32,000 nucleotides of DNA from NCBI RefSeq assembly GCF_041320195.1, contig NZ_CP100994.1. The stretch is one strand, 5' to 3'. The DNA is from Escherichia coli (GTDB lineage: Bacteria > Pseudomonadota > Gammaproteobacteria > Enterobacterales > Enterobacteriaceae). The position numbers were made by a program, and so were the translations under genes. The notes under the pieces were generated by a model. That model did no database searches, was not told where the DNA came from, and saw nothing but the letters and a program-made list of their open reading frames with translations. The stretch's first letter is position 1; every line of letters starts with the position of its first letter. Positions 1 through 11,515 of the stretch are shown here, piece after piece.

Positions 1-894
1 GGCCTGGTGGTGGCAGAAATGTTTACCTTTATTGTCCGCCGCAATTGGGTCATTAAACTGCCCGACAGCGTACCTGCTTCAGTATCGCGTTCCTTCTCGG
101 CATTAATTCCCGGCTTTATTATTCTTTCCGTGATGGGGATTATTGCCTGGGCGTTGAATACCTGGGGCACCAACTTCCATCAGATCATTATGGATACCAT
201 CTCAACCCCACTGGCATCGTTGGGTAGCGTGGTGGGCTGGGCCTATGTGATCTTTGTTCCACTGCTCTGGTTCTTCGGTATTCATGGCGCGTTGGCGCTG
301 ACCGCACTGGACAACGGCATTATGACGCCGTGGGCGCTGGAAAATATCGCGACCTATCAGCAATATGGTTCCGTCGAAGCGGCGCTGGCAGCCGGTAAGA
401 CCTTCCATATCTGGGCCAAGCCGATGCTGGACTCCTTTATTTTCCTTGGGGGCAGTGGTGCGACTTTAGGCCTGATCCTGGCTATCTTTATCGCCTCTCG
501 CCGTGCTGATTATCGTCAGGTGGCAAAACTGGCGCTGCCGTCCGGCATCTTCCAGATTAACGAACCGATTCTGTTTGGTCTGCCAATTATCATGAACCCG
601 GTGATGTTTATCCCGTTTGTACTGGTACAACCGATTCTGGCGGCAATCACCCTCGCAGCGTACTACATGGGCATTATTCCTCCGGTGACCAATATTGCAC
701 CGTGGACCATGCCAACCGGTCTGGGAGCCTTCTTTAATACCAACGGTAGCGTCGCCGCATTGCTGGTCGCACTCTTCAACCTTGGCATCGCAACGTTAAT
801 TTATCTGCCCTTTGTTGTGGTGGCGAACAAAGCACAAAATGCGATTGATAAAGAAGAGAGCGAAGAAGATATCGCTAACGCCCTGAAATTTTAA
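1..894 (+). CDS. chbC: PTS N,N'-diacetylchitobiose EIIC permease, 3' portion (5' end outside window)
   Basis: Open frame enters from the window edge; multi-spanning EIIC-type membrane protein ([29 protein letters not shown] motifs); followed by chbA. Confidence 0.95.
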
Positions 895-944
895 TCGATG
901 CTGGTACGGGTAATCGTGCCGGTAAGAAAAGAGAGGAACGATGT

Positions 945-1295
945 ATGATGGATCTCGATAACATTCCCGATACGCAAACGGAAGCTGAAGAGCTGGAAGA
1001 AGTGGTGATGGGGCTTATCATCAACTCCGGACAAGCGCGCAGCCTGGCGTATGCGGCACTGAAACAGGCGAAGCAGGGCGATTTTGCTGCAGCAAAAGCC
1101 ATGATGGATCAGTCACGGATGGCATTGAATGAAGCGCATCTGGTACAGACGAAACTGATTGAAGGCGATGCGGGCGAAGGTAAGATGAAAGTGAGTCTGG
1201 TGCTGGTCCACGCTCAGGATCATTTAATGACGTCCATGCTTGCGCGTGAACTGATTACTGAATTAATTGAACTTCATGAAAAACTGAAGGCATAA
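945..1295 (+). CDS. chbA: PTS N,N'-diacetylchitobiose-specific EIIA component
   Basis: 116 aa, recognised sequence [23 protein letters not shown] with lactose/cellobiose-family EIIA His region ([11 protein letters not shown]); SD gagagg upstream. Confidence 0.96.
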   Translation: MMDLDNIPDTQTEAEELEEVVMGLIINSGQARSLAYAALKQAKQGDFAAAKAMMDQSRMALNEAHLVQTKLIEGDAGEGKMKVSLVLVHAQDHLMTSMLARELITELIELHEKLKA

Positions 1296-1302
1296 GGAGT
1301 CG

Positions 1303-2145
1303 ATGATGCAGCCAGTGATTAACGCGCCGGAAATTGCCACTGCCCGAGAACAGCAGTTGTTTAATGGCAAAAACTTCCATGTGTTTATCTATAACAAAAC
1401 TGAGAGTATCAGCGGACTGCATCAGCACGACTATTATGAATTTACTCTGGTATTAACCGGGCGTTATTTCCAGGAGATTAACGGTAAGCGCGTGTTACTG
1501 GAACGGGGCGATTTTGTTTTTATTCCGTTAGGTTCGCACCATCAAAGTTTTTATGAGTTTGGTGCCACGCGTATATTGAACGTTGGGATCAGTAAACGCT
1601 TTTTTGAGCAGCATTACCTGCCGTTGTTGCCTTATTGCTTTGTAGCTTCGCAGGTATACCGGACCAATAACGCTTTTCTCACCTATGTGGAAACAGTGAT
1701 TTCTTCATTGAATTTCCGCGAAACAGGGCTGGAAGAGTTTGTTGAGATGGTTACTTTTTATGTCATTAACCGTTTACGTCATTACCGCGAAGAACAGGTG
1801 ATTGATGATGTACCGCAGTGGCTGAAAAGTACGGTAGAAAAGATGCATTATAAAGAGCAGTTTAGTGAATCGGCGCTGGAGAATATGGTGACGTTGTCAG
1901 CCAAATCACAGGAATATTTGACGCGAGCGACTCAACGATATTATGGCAAAACGCCAATGCAGATTATTAATGAAATCCGTATTAATTTTGCCAAAAAACA
2001 ACTGGAAATGACCAACTATTCCGTGACGGACATTGCGTTTGAGGCCGGTTATAGTAGCCCGAGTTTGTTTATTAAAACGTTTAAGAAATTAACGTCCTTT
2101 ACGCCTAAGAGCTATCGTAAGAAATTGACTGAATTTAATCAGTAA
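1303..2145 (+). CDS. chbR: AraC-family dual regulator of the chb operon
   Basis: 280 aa; N-terminal cupin-like domain and C-terminal HTH ([38 protein letters not shown]). Confidence 0.96.
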   Translation: MMQPVINAPEIATAREQQLFNGKNFHVFIYNKTESISGLHQHDYYEFTLVLTGRYFQEINGKRVLLERGDFVFIPLGSHHQSFYEFGATRILNVGISKRFFEQHYLPLLPYCFVASQVYRTNNAFLTYVETVISSLNFRETGLEEFVEMVTFYVINRLRHYREEQVIDDVPQWLKSTVEKMHYKEQFSESALENMVTLSAKSQEYLTRATQRYYGKTPMQIINEIRINFAKKQLEMTNYSVTDIAFEAGYSSPSLFIKTFKKLTSFTPKSYRKKLTEFNQ

Positions 2146-2248
2146 GTCGTTATACCTGACAATTCACATATCTGTCCTGTTGCTGGATTATTTATGTCCG
2201 GGGGGCAGATATGCCAGATATCAGTATTCTGTACTGAAGGGAGAAATT

Positions 2249-3601
2249 ATGAGCCAGAAATTAAAAGTCGTCACTATTGGTGGCGGGAGCAGCTATACCC
2301 CGGAGTTACTGGAAGGATTTATTAAGCGTTATCACGAATTGCCGGTCAGCGAATTATGGCTGGTGGATGTCGAAGGTGGCAAAGCTAAACTGGATATTAT
2401 TTTCGATCTCTGCCAACGGATGATTGATAACGCTGGCGTCCCGATGAAGCTTTATAAAACGCTGGATCGTCGCGAAGCATTGAAAGATGCTGATTTCGTT
2501 ACTACCCAACTGCGCGTAGGCCAATTACCGGCGCGCGAACTGGATGAACGTATTCCATTAAGTCATGGTTATCTTGGTCAGGAAACCAACGGCGCAGGCG
2601 GTCTGTTTAAAGGTCTGCGTACCATTCCGGTGATTTTTGACATCATAAAAGATGTCGAAGAACTTTGTCCGAATGCATGGGTGATTAACTTCACTAACCC
2701 GGCGGGAATGGTCACTGAAGCCGTTTATCGTCATACCGGATTTAAACGCTTTATCGGCGTATGTAATATTCCGATCGGCATGAAGATGTTTATTCGCGAT
2801 GTTCTGATGCTGAAAGACAGCGATGATTTATCTATCGATCTGTTCGGCCTCAACCATATGGTGTTCATTAAGGATGTGCTGGTAAATGGCAAATCACGCT
2901 TTGCCGAATTGCTTGATGGTGTGGCATCCGGGCAGTTAAAAGCATCTGGCGTTAAAAATATTTTCGATCTGCCATTTAGCGAAGGCTTAATTCGTTCTCT
3001 GAATCTGTTGCCGTGTTCTTATTTGCTTTATTACTTCAAGCAAAAAGAGATGCTGGCTATTGAAATGGGCGAATACTACAAAGGCGGCGCACGAGCGCAG
3101 GTAGTACAGAAAGTCGAGAAACAACTTTTTGAGCTGTATAAAAACCCGGAGTTGAAAGTTAAGCCGAAAGAACTGGAACAGCGCGGTGGGGCTTATTACT
3201 CTGATGCAGCGTGCGAAGTGATCAACGCTATCTACAACGACAAGCAAGCTGAACATTACGTTAATATCCCGCATCATGGGCATATTGATAATATTCCGGC
3301 AGACTGGGCGGTAGAAATGACCTGTAAACTGGGGCGCGATGGCGCGACGCCACATCCGCGCATTACGCATTTCGATGATAAAGTGATGGGGCTGATTCAC
3401 ACCATTAAAGGCTTCGAGATTGCTGCCAGCAACGCCGCACTTAGCGGAGAATTTAACGATGTGTTACTGGCGCTAAACCTTAGTCCGTTGGTGCATTCCG
3501 ATCGCGATGCTGAGCTGCTGGCACGCGAGATGATTCTGGCGCACGAGAAATGGCTGCCAAATTTTGCCGACTGCATCGCAGAGCTAAAAAAAGCACATTA
3601 A
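2249..3601 (+). CDS. chbF: 6-phospho-beta-glucosidase / monoacetylchitobiose-6-phosphate hydrolase (GH4)
   Basis: 450 aa from ATG at 2249 (SD aaggga); the track ORF starting at 2180 is over-extended. GH4 NAD-binding start KVVTIGGGSSYTPELLEG. Confidence 0.95.
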   Translation: MSQKLKVVTIGGGSSYTPELLEGFIKRYHELPVSELWLVDVEGGKAKLDIIFDLCQRMIDNAGVPMKLYKTLDRREALKDADFVTTQLRVGQLPARELDERIPLSHGYLGQETNGAGGLFKGLRTIPVIFDIIKDVEELCPNAWVINFTNPAGMVTEAVYRHTGFKRFIGVCNIPIGMKMFIRDVLMLKDSDDLSIDLFGLNHMVFIKDVLVNGKSRFAELLDGVASGQLKASGVKNIFDLPFSEGLIRSLNLLPCSYLLYYFKQKEMLAIEMGEYYKGGARAQVVQKVEKQLFELYKNPELKVKPKELEQRGGAYYSDAACEVINAIYNDKQAEHYVNIPHHGHIDNIPADWAVEMTCKLGRDGATPHPRITHFDDKVMGLIHTIKGFEIAASNAALSGEFNDVLLALNLSPLVHSDRDAELLAREMILAHEKWLPNFADCIAELKKAH

Positions 3602-4363
<762 letters not shown>

Positions 4364-4374
4364 GTGAGGATGTT

Positions 4375-4415
4375 TGCCAGATGCGGCGTGAACCTTGCAT
4401 CCGGCGATTAATTCC
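4375..4415. repeat. Probable degenerate REP unit
   Basis: ttgccagatgcggcgtgaaccttgcatccggcg resembles the REP palindrome. Confidence 0.6.
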
Positions 4416-4464
4416 TACAAAGGCGGCGTAACTGCGCCGCTTGAGACTGCTGACAAACGCAAAA

Positions 4465-4495
4465 CTGCCTGATGCGCTTCGCTTATCAGGCCTAC
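4465..4495. repeat. REP (repetitive extragenic palindromic) unit
   Basis: ctgcctgatgcgcttcgcttatcaggcctac matches the REP consensus arm. Confidence 0.9.
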
Positions 4496-4530
4496 GCGTT
4501 TCCTGCAATATATTGAATTTGCACAGTTTT

Positions 4531-4566
4531 GTAGGCCGGATAAGGCGTTCACGCCGCATCCGGCAT
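4531..4566. repeat. REP unit, opposite orientation to the preceding one (BIME-like)
   Basis: gtaggccggataaggcgttcacgccgcatccggc. Confidence 0.9.
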
Positions 4567-4595
4567 AAACAAAGCGCACTATGTAAATCATTTGA

Positions 4596-4616
4596 GGCGG
4601 CGCAACTGCGCCGCTT
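4596..4616. terminator. GC-rich hairpin immediately downstream of the katE stop codon, likely transcript 3' end
   Basis: GCGGCGCA-AC-TGCGCCGC perfect self-complement between chbG and katE 3' ends. Confidence 0.5.
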
Positions 4617-4620
4617 TCCA

Positions 4621-6882
4621 TCAGGCAGGAATTTTGTCAATCTTAGGAATGCGTGACCACACGCGGTGTGCTGCCATCAGCGTTAGCAGTTCATCCATAA
4701 AACTACCGTCAGCGCTGTTAGCTTCCACAATCCCTTCTTCACCCTGGTCAGCGACCTCGATTGTTGCTTTAAACTTGCGCGCGTCTCCCGCAAGCGCAAT
4801 CGGTTTAAGGTGTTTGTAGGCTTCCATCAGGTAGTAGTTGGCATCGCCGTTGTCAGCGATATCCGCGATATTGCCGCAAGGGACAATGACCGCATCGACC
4901 GTCAGCGAAGGTGCACCGGCAAAGGTAGCGGCTATAGGCAACACCGTACCGTCATCCGCAGTCACTTCACCCATTCGGGAGTAGAGCAGTTTGGCATGAA
5001 CGCCTTTGGCCTTCAGCGCCTTGAGAATGGCCAGAAGGTCTGCCGATCTCACCTCATCATTAAGCAAAATCGCTACCACGCGACCTTTCACATCACCGTC
5101 AGGAATGGCGTACAAACTTAAGGATGGATCCTTTTTCAGACCGTTGACGTCCGGAGGCGGGGTGATATTCAGCTGGTCGTCCGTCAGCTCGATACCGAGA
5201 TTTTTCGCCACCGCCTGGGCCAGAGTGAGATCAATATGCGCCAGCTGGTCAACAACGCGCTCACGAATATACGGACGAACGACTTTGCTTAACTCAAAAC
5301 TGAAACCATCGACAATATGGCGCTGCTCGAATGGCGTCTGACTTAGCCAGAACAGACGCGGATGGGAATAATATTCGCCAAACGATGGACTGCGCTCGCG
5401 AACTTTATTTCCTTCCACGCGTTCCTGATATGATTCAAAACCGCCGCGTTTCGGCCCCGGCGGTGTTTCGCGCGGCCAGTTATCGTTGATCGAGTTCGGT
5501 TCGTAATTCGCCGGGTTAGTGTCGATCCCCATACGATGCATGCCGTCACGCTGGAAGTTGTGGTAAGGGCAGGTCGGGCGGTTAATCGGAATTTCATGGA
5601 AATTCGGCCCACCAAGACGACTGATTTGTGTATCGGTATAGGAGAACAAACGTCCCTGCAACAGCGGATCGTTGGTGAAGTCCAGTCCCGGCACGATATG
5701 CCCAGGATGGAAAGCCGCCTGTTCGTTTTCAGCAAAGAAGTTATCCGGGTTGCGATTGAGCACCATTTTGCCGACACGCTGAACGGGCACCAGTTCTTCC
5801 GGGATAAGTTTGGTTGGATCAAGAAGGTCGAAGTCGAACTTGAATTCGTCTTCTTCAGGAATCAACTGGAAGCCCAGTTCGTATTCCGGAAAATCGCCTG
5901 CTTCAATGGCTTCCCACAACTCGCGGCGGTGGAAGTCCGGGTCACGTCCGGTGAGTTTTTGTGCTTCATCCCAAACGAGTGAGGCTTTACCTGCCAGTGG
6001 TTTCCAGTGGAAACGTACGAACGTTGCCTTCCCTTCGGCATTAATCAGGCGGAAGGTGTGAATACCGAAGCCTTCCATGGTGCGGTAACTGCGCGGGATC
6101 CCGCGATCCGACATCGCCCACATCACGTTGTGCAGAGTTTCAGGTTGCAGAGAAACATAATCCCAGAAAGTATCGTGGGCGCTTTGCCCTTGTGGAATTG
6201 CCCAGTGTGGTTCTGGTTTTACCGCATGAACAAAATCAGGGAATTTATGCGCATCCTGGATAAAGAAGATTGGCGTGTTATTGCCAACGAGGTCAAAAAT
6301 ACCCTCTTCGGTATAGAACTTGGTGGCAAAGCCACGGATATCACGCACTGTATCGGCAGAGCCAGCGCCACCCTGAACGGTAGAGAACCTAACAAATACT
6401 GGGGTGATTTTGTTCGGATCTGAGAGGAAATCCGCTTTGGTGATATCGCTTAAGCTTTTATATGGCTGGAAATAACCGTGAGCGGCTGATCCGCGTGCAT
6501 GAACAATACGTTCCGGGATGCGCTCATGGTCAAAGTGGGTGATTTTCTCGCGCAGAATAAAATCTTCCAGCAGCGTTGGACCACGTTTACCGGCGCGCAG
6601 GGAGTTTTGATCATCGGCGATGCGCACACCCTGATTAGTGGTCAGCGCATAATTTTCACTGCCTTTGCGTACGTCTTCCAAAGAATTAAGTTTTTCGTTA
6701 CGCGTATCAGGGGCTTTCAGACTCCCTGGGGCGGTAGGTTGTGCACCTGGCGGTGTTGGTTCAGCCGCTGGACGATGAGATCCGTCCTCAGGTGCCAGTG
6801 AGTCCATCCCCGGTTTCGCTTCGCTGGAATCGTGTAGTGGTGACTGGTGCTGATGTGGGTTCTTTTCGTTATGTTGCGACAT
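4621..6882 (-). CDS. katE: Catalase HPII (monofunctional heme catalase)
   Basis: 753 aa; [49 protein letters not shown] catalase signature, C-terminal GATase-like domain. Confidence 0.98.
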   Translation of the reverse strand: MSQHNEKNPHQHQSPLHDSSEAKPGMDSLAPEDGSHRPAAEPTPPGAQPTAPGSLKAPDTRNEKLNSLEDVRKGSENYALTTNQGVRIADDQNSLRAGKRGPTLLEDFILREKITHFDHERIPERIVHARGSAAHGYFQPYKSLSDITKADFLSDPNKITPVFVRFSTVQGGAGSADTVRDIRGFATKFYTEEGIFDLVGNNTPIFFIQDAHKFPDFVHAVKPEPHWAIPQGQSAHDTFWDYVSLQPETLHNVMWAMSDRGIPRSYRTMEGFGIHTFRLINAEGKATFVRFHWKPLAGKASLVWDEAQKLTGRDPDFHRRELWEAIEAGDFPEYELGFQLIPEEDEFKFDFDLLDPTKLIPEELVPVQRVGKMVLNRNPDNFFAENEQAAFHPGHIVPGLDFTNDPLLQGRLFSYTDTQISRLGGPNFHEIPINRPTCPYHNFQRDGMHRMGIDTNPANYEPNSINDNWPRETPPGPKRGGFESYQERVEGNKVRERSPSFGEYYSHPRLFWLSQTPFEQRHIVDGFSFELSKVVRPYIRERVVDQLAHIDLTLAQAVAKNLGIELTDDQLNITPPPDVNGLKKDPSLSLYAIPDGDVKGRVVAILLNDEVRSADLLAILKALKAKGVHAKLLYSRMGEVTADDGTVLPIAATFAGAPSLTVDAVIVPCGNIADIADNGDANYYLMEAYKHLKPIALAGDARKFKATIEVADQGEEGIVEANSADGSFMDELLTLMAAHRVWSRIPKIDKIPA

Positions 6883-7085
6883 TGAACTCGTCTCCTTAAT
6901 TTATTACTGAAAGGGCCGCTGTTTTGGTCAAAAAACTCTCTAACTATAGACCACCAGCCAGATCCCGCTTCGGAGACTATTCTGGAAACGGTGTTATGAA
7001 ATACACGCAAAGCGGGACGTACAGGGGCTAAATCGGCTAAACTACAGTTTTTCTGATTTTTAATATGCGTTTAGTGAAGCCAGTA

Positions 7086-7328
7086 ATGAAGAAACCGCTC
7101 CGCCAGCAAAACCGCCAGATTATTAGCTATGTCCCACGCACGGAACCCGCGCCGCCAGAACATGCGATAAAGATGGATTCGTTTCGTGATGTCTGGATGC
7201 TGCGTGGCAAATATGTTGCGTTTGTACTGATGGGAGAGTCATTTCTGCGCTCACCGGCGTTTACTGTGCCTGAATCCGCCCAGCGTTGGGCAAATCAGAT
7301 CCGCCAGGAAGGGGAAGTGACTGAGTAA
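7086..7328 (+). CDS. cedA: Cell division modulator CedA
   Basis: 80 aa from ATG at 7086 (MKKPLRQQNRQIISYVPRTEP); the track ORF starts 7 codons earlier. Confidence 0.93.
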   Translation: MKKPLRQQNRQIISYVPRTEPAPPEHAIKMDSFRDVWMLRGKYVAFVLMGESFLRSPAFTVPESAQRWANQIRQEGEVTE

Positions 7329-7339
7329 GGATTACGTAT

Positions 7340-7358
7340 CTCCCGGTTTTGCCGGGAG
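7340..7358 (+). terminator. Possible weak terminator after cedA
   Basis: CTCCCGG-TTTTG-CCGGGAG 7-bp hairpin just after the stop codon; no strong T-tract. Confidence 0.4.
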
Positions 7359-7616
7359 TTACATGACCTGAAATTTTGTATTTCATTGCTACATTCATTC
7401 AAACCACCTGTAACAAAAAGCTGCCTTTGACGATCTATTGCTATAAATAAGTGATCTTTTTTCTTTAATTGCTTATTTATTTTAAAATGGTTAAGTTTTG
7501 CTAATCATGATGAGCTATTTTTGATAGTTCATCCTGTGGCGTCGCTCTTAAACTTATATTGTAAACGACTTAGATTCAAATGAGATAATAATTTTGTTGA
7601 CAATATGAGGCGGGAG

Positions 7617-8420
7617 ATGTTTTCTACAAACTTAATACAGAGTAATTATGGTGATTTAAATATTAAAAGCCTGGCTTTCGACTCTTTTAAAGAAAGGCTG
7701 CAGTCTACTATGACAGCACTCACTTTCTTTATATCAACGGGTCAATGTGACTGCGATGAAATAGCAGAATCAAACTTTAATTATATGATTGCCTATATGT
7801 CTAACATTAACTATGATGCCTCAAAGCCAGGAGCGCCAGCACTTAGTTTTGATACACATCTGCAGGACAATGTTAAATATAGAGTAATAATTAATAATCT
7901 TTATGGTAGTGAAATTCGGATAAGAGGTATAAATAAAGATTTTATTGGAATGGATGTCACTTCTGTATTTCGCCCAGAAAAGATGACCAATTTGATCAAT
8001 ATAAAAAACAGGTTGGCTATTCACTATTTAAGGACTATATACTATGAACAAAATTATATACATCCTGTCGGGAGCATTTTTGCTGCGATTCAAAAAAATG
8101 AGAGTCTCCTAAAGTTTCCTTCGATAATATCAATGCTTAATATCAGTCTTCTTTTTAATCCACTAAATCTTCCGGGAATGGGAAGTGGTGTGCTTGAAGA
8201 TATTATGAGTATTCCAGATAGTTCACTTAGAAAACGTCTCGGGTATGAGATTTTAAGCTTCTCGCTACAGGCACATTCATTGAGCCAGGAATGTATTGAT
8301 AAGTTGGACATTTTTTTCGCTGACGATCTGTTTAAATATGAGTCAGTTTGCATCGCCGCGATGGAACATTTAAAAAGTAAGGCAACGGCCCCTATACAAA
8401 ACGGACCGTTGCCAGCATAA
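7617..8420 (+). CDS. ydjO: Uncharacterised protein YdjO
   Basis: 267 aa from ATG at 7617 preceded by gaggcggg SD; recognised neighbour of cedA. AT-rich flanks and coding region. Confidence 0.8.
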   Translation: MFSTNLIQSNYGDLNIKSLAFDSFKERLQSTMTALTFFISTGQCDCDEIAESNFNYMIAYMSNINYDASKPGAPALSFDTHLQDNVKYRVIINNLYGSEIRIRGINKDFIGMDVTSVFRPEKMTNLINIKNRLAIHYLRTIYYEQNYIHPVGSIFAAIQKNESLLKFPSIISMLNISLLFNPLNLPGMGSGVLEDIMSIPDSSLRKRLGYEILSFSLQAHSLSQECIDKLDIFFADDLFKYESVCIAAMEHLKSKATAPIQNGPLPA

Positions 8421-8423
8421 GAA

Positions 8424-9815
8424 TTAACGGTGTGCCAGTTCGGCGTCGTCTTCGCTATCCAGAATGGCTTTATCGGTTTGCTTCAGCCACTGGCTGGTCA
8501 GCGTGCCAGCTGTCATCGAGCCACTAACGTTTAGCGCCGTACGGCCCATGTCGATAAGCGGTTCAACGGAGATTAACAGCGCCACCAGGGTTACTGGCAG
8601 GCCCATCGCAGGCAGCACAATCAGTGCGGCGAAAGTTGCACCACCACCGACACCGGCAACGCCTGCGGAGCTAACGGTAACAATACCGACCAGCGTCGCA
8701 ATCCACATCGGGTCCATCGGGTTAATGCCAACCGTAGGCGCAACCATCACCGCCAGCATCGCCGGATACAAACCGGCACAGCCGTTCTGACCAATGGTTG
8801 CACCGAAAGAGGCGGCGAAACTGGCGATGGATTCAGGAACACCGAGTCGACGCGTTTGTGCTTCCACATTCAGTGGGATAGACGCAGCACTGGAACGGCT
8901 GGTAAAGGCAAACGTCAGAACTGGCCATACCTTACGGAAGTACTTCAGCGGGCTCACGCCATTAATGCCCAGCAAAATGCCATGCACTGCAAACATAATC
9001 AGCAGACCGAGGTAGGACGCGACAACGAAACTTCCCAGTTTGATGATGTCTTGCAGGTTAGAACCTGCAACCACTTTGGTCATCAGCGCCAGAACGCCGT
9101 AAGGGGTCAACTGCATGACCAGGCGAACCAGCTTCATTACCCAGCTTTGCAGGGTATCGATAGCGGCTAAGACGCGTTCACCTTTCGGCGCATCATCCTT
9201 CAGCAGTTTCAGCGCAGCTACACCGAGGAATGCGGCAAAAATTACCACGCTGATAATTGACGTCGGATTGGCTCCGGTCAGATCGGCAAACGGGTTTTTC
9301 GGGATAAAGGACAAGACCAGCTGCGGAACGCTCAGGTCAGAGACTTTACCAACATAGTTACTTTCAATGGCGTTCAGACGTGCAGTTTCTGCACCACCCT
9401 GAACCAGACCTTCAGCCGTCAAACCAAACAGGTTGGTGACCAGCACACCGACCAGCGCCGCAATCAGCGTGGTAAACAAAAGCGTACCGATGGTCAGAAA
9501 ACTGATTTTGCCTAACTGAGATGCGTTATGCAGACGGGCAACCGCGCTCAGAATAGAGGCGAAGACTAACGGCATAACGATCATTTGCAGCAGTTGAACA
9601 TAGCCGTTACCAACAATGTTAAACCACTGTACAGAATCTTTAAGTACCTGGCTGTCAGAACCATAAATGGTATGCAGGGCAAGGCCAAAAACCACACCCA
9701 TCACCAGACCCACCAGCACTTTTTTCGCCAGACTCCACTGTTTATGGCGGGTCTGAGCCAGCGCAAACAGCAGTACAACGAACACCACGATGTTCGCAAT
9801 TAATGGAAAGTTCAT
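8424..9815 (-). CDS. tcyP: L-cystine/sulfur compound sodium:dicarboxylate-family symporter
   Basis: 463 aa, DAACS-family membrane protein (formerly ydjN); [25 protein letters not shown]. Confidence 0.93.
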   Translation of the reverse strand: MNFPLIANIVVFVVLLFALAQTRHKQWSLAKKVLVGLVMGVVFGLALHTIYGSDSQVLKDSVQWFNIVGNGYVQLLQMIVMPLVFASILSAVARLHNASQLGKISFLTIGTLLFTTLIAALVGVLVTNLFGLTAEGLVQGGAETARLNAIESNYVGKVSDLSVPQLVLSFIPKNPFADLTGANPTSIISVVIFAAFLGVAALKLLKDDAPKGERVLAAIDTLQSWVMKLVRLVMQLTPYGVLALMTKVVAGSNLQDIIKLGSFVVASYLGLLIMFAVHGILLGINGVSPLKYFRKVWPVLTFAFTSRSSAASIPLNVEAQTRRLGVPESIASFAASFGATIGQNGCAGLYPAMLAVMVAPTVGINPMDPMWIATLVGIVTVSSAGVAGVGGGATFAALIVLPAMGLPVTLVALLISVEPLIDMGRTALNVSGSMTAGTLTSQWLKQTDKAILDSEDDAELAHR

Positions 9816-9947
9816 CCCCGTTCTCCTGATCTTATTATTTCTATCACTGCGTAGCAGTCATAGTGTTGGCGCAAGATTAACAGAACTGTGAGCTGGCTCT
9901 TATATTCAAATGGAATTGCTTATTACAGAAAGGCGATTTTTGCCTTT

Positions 9948-10538
9948 TTAGTATTCAACCTGATGCTTAATAAGCCGATGAAACTGGATCTGCAAGGTAT
10001 TGATCATTTGCGATGACCAACGGATAGCGCTGTTTTCGGGTAATGAATGTGGCATCCATACCGACCAGACAAATAATGCCATGCAGATAAAACGTTCCAG
10101 TTGGTTGCCCTTTTGGGGAACCAGGATAGGCAAGCGGAAACGCCAGCGGCATGGCCAGAGCAGTGGAACACCGGCGGGTGTCAGCATATCGGCAAGTATG
10201 TGGCTTAAATAACCCAGCACCATTCCTTGTAGCGCATCAGCCGGAATGAACCAGCTTTCAGGAACCTTAAGGTAAAAGGTTGCCAGCAGCGCAAATACCG
10301 CCAGCAGACTGTGGGTAAAACCACGATGCCCAAAAGCGCGGGCGATCGGTTTTGATATCCACTTTAATCGCTGCCCAAGAAACGACTTTGGGTGATCGAT
10401 GTCCGGTAACAAACACGTCAGGATTGCGGAAGGGACAATATGCCACCAGTCACCCTGTGCCAGCACGGGCGTCAGCTCGGCATTTTTGGCAAATACCGCA
10501 CAAGCAATAGAAAATAGAAGGTGACCTTCCGCCGTCAT
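9948..10538 (-). CDS. ydjM: LexA-regulated inner membrane protein, metal-dependent hydrolase-like
   Basis: 196 aa from ATG at 10538; PDIDHPKSFLG and HRGFTHSLL motifs; LexA boxes directly upstream. Confidence 0.92.
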   Translation of the reverse strand: MTAEGHLLFSIACAVFAKNAELTPVLAQGDWWHIVPSAILTCLLPDIDHPKSFLGQRLKWISKPIARAFGHRGFTHSLLAVFALLATFYLKVPESWFIPADALQGMVLGYLSHILADMLTPAGVPLLWPCRWRFRLPILVPQKGNQLERFICMALFVWSVWMPHSLPENSAIRWSSQMINTLQIQFHRLIKHQVEY

Positions 10539-10552
10539 GATAAAACTCACTA

Positions 10553-10572
10553 AACTGTCGATACGTACAGTA
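10553..10572 (-). promoter_or_regulatory. LexA (SOS) box
   Basis: AACTGTCGATACGTACAGTA = CTGT-N8-ACAG match. Confidence 0.9.
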
Positions 10573-10590
10573 TAGGATTTTTATACAGTG
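10569..10590 (-). promoter_or_regulatory. Second, imperfect LexA box overlapping the first
   Basis: Minus strand CACTGTATAAAAATCCTATACT: one good half site, degraded second half. Confidence 0.65.
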
Positions 10591-10668
10591 CGCGGAAGTG
10601 GTGACGGTGTAACTCTTTCTCTTAAATTGACGATTAATCCGTCAGTTGAATGCAAATTCAGATAAAGA

Positions 10669-10698
10669 ACCAGGAGCAGTGTGATCACTGCCCCTGGT
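10669..10698. terminator. Hairpin just after hxpB stop codon
   Basis: ACCAGGaGCAGTG-TGAT-CACTGCcCCTGGT inverted repeat ending 3 bp from the hxpB stop; limited T-tract. Confidence 0.5.
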
Positions 10699-10700
10699 CA

Positions 10701-11369
10701 TTAACCGAGAAGGTCTTTTGCGGTGAGTTCTGTCAGCGATGAGAGTTTGACGTTTGCTAATACAAAACGTGGATCATTTTGCGCTTCTGGCGCAGGAACG
10801 ACGATGGAACGCATGCGGGCTGCTTTAGAAGCGATCATGCCATTTACCGAGTCTTCCAACGCCACGCAGGTCAGTGGGTCAACGCCCAGTTTTGCTGCGC
10901 AGTCGAGATATACTTGCGGATGCGGCTTGCTGTAAGGCAGTTTTTCAGCCGAGGCGAGGGCATCGAAACTGTCGCGTAAGTCAAACATGGTCAACACTTT
11001 TTCCAGCATATGTAGTGGTGACGCGGAGGCCAGTCCCACTAATAAACCTTGTTTTTTGCATAACGCAACGGCTTCACGCACGCCTGGTAATAATGGACGT
11101 GTCTCTTCAACCAGTGAAATGGCACGGGCAATAACCCGTTCTACTACTTCCTGACGGCTTGGCCCATTCCACGGTTGCCGGGCGTACCAAAGATCGACCA
11201 CCATATCGATGCGTAAACCTAAGGTATCCGGCAGCTCGTTACGACGGGAGATATCCACCCCCAGGCTTGCCATCACATCCAGTTCGGCTCGATCCCATAA
11301 AGGTTCTGAGTCGATAAGTAATCCATCCATATCAAAAATTGCAGCAAGAATCTGACGCGGGGTTGACAT
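10701..11369 (-). CDS. hxpB: HAD-family hexitol/2-deoxyglucose-6-phosphate phosphatase
   Basis: 222 aa; HAD motifs AAIFDMDGLLIDSE, GLASASP, VALEDSVNGMIASKAA (formerly yniC). Confidence 0.93.
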   Translation of the reverse strand: MSTPRQILAAIFDMDGLLIDSEPLWDRAELDVMASLGVDISRRNELPDTLGLRIDMVVDLWYARQPWNGPSRQEVVERVIARAISLVEETRPLLPGVREAVALCKKQGLLVGLASASPLHMLEKVLTMFDLRDSFDALASAEKLPYSKPHPQVYLDCAAKLGVDPLTCVALEDSVNGMIASKAARMRSIVVPAPEAQNDPRFVLANVKLSSLTELTAKDLLG

Positions 11370-11515
11370 TACAACCTCTCCTTTAGAGCATTATGTGTAA
11401 GGTATTAAGCCGTGCTTATGATTAAGCGCCTATCATATCGCCTTTAAAGAATGGGCGAAAACAGATATCTACAGGTAAACTAAGTGAAACGACGCGTCTT
11501 AATCAAGGAGAACTC

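Noticed and set aside
2987-3400. 137-aa ORF antisense to chbF
   Set aside because: No motif, SD or neighbour logic.
4592-6423. Several ORFs on the + strand antisense to katE (4592-4819, 4810-5121, 5006-5341, 5536-5982, 6007-6423 and others)
   Set aside because: Composition mirrors the high-GC coding strand of katE, no recognisable domains, no SD or operon logic; typical shadow ORFs.
8464-9357. ORFs antisense to tcyP (8464-8790, 8794-9015, 9115-9357)
   Set aside because: Shadow ORFs of a clearly coding membrane protein; no independent support.
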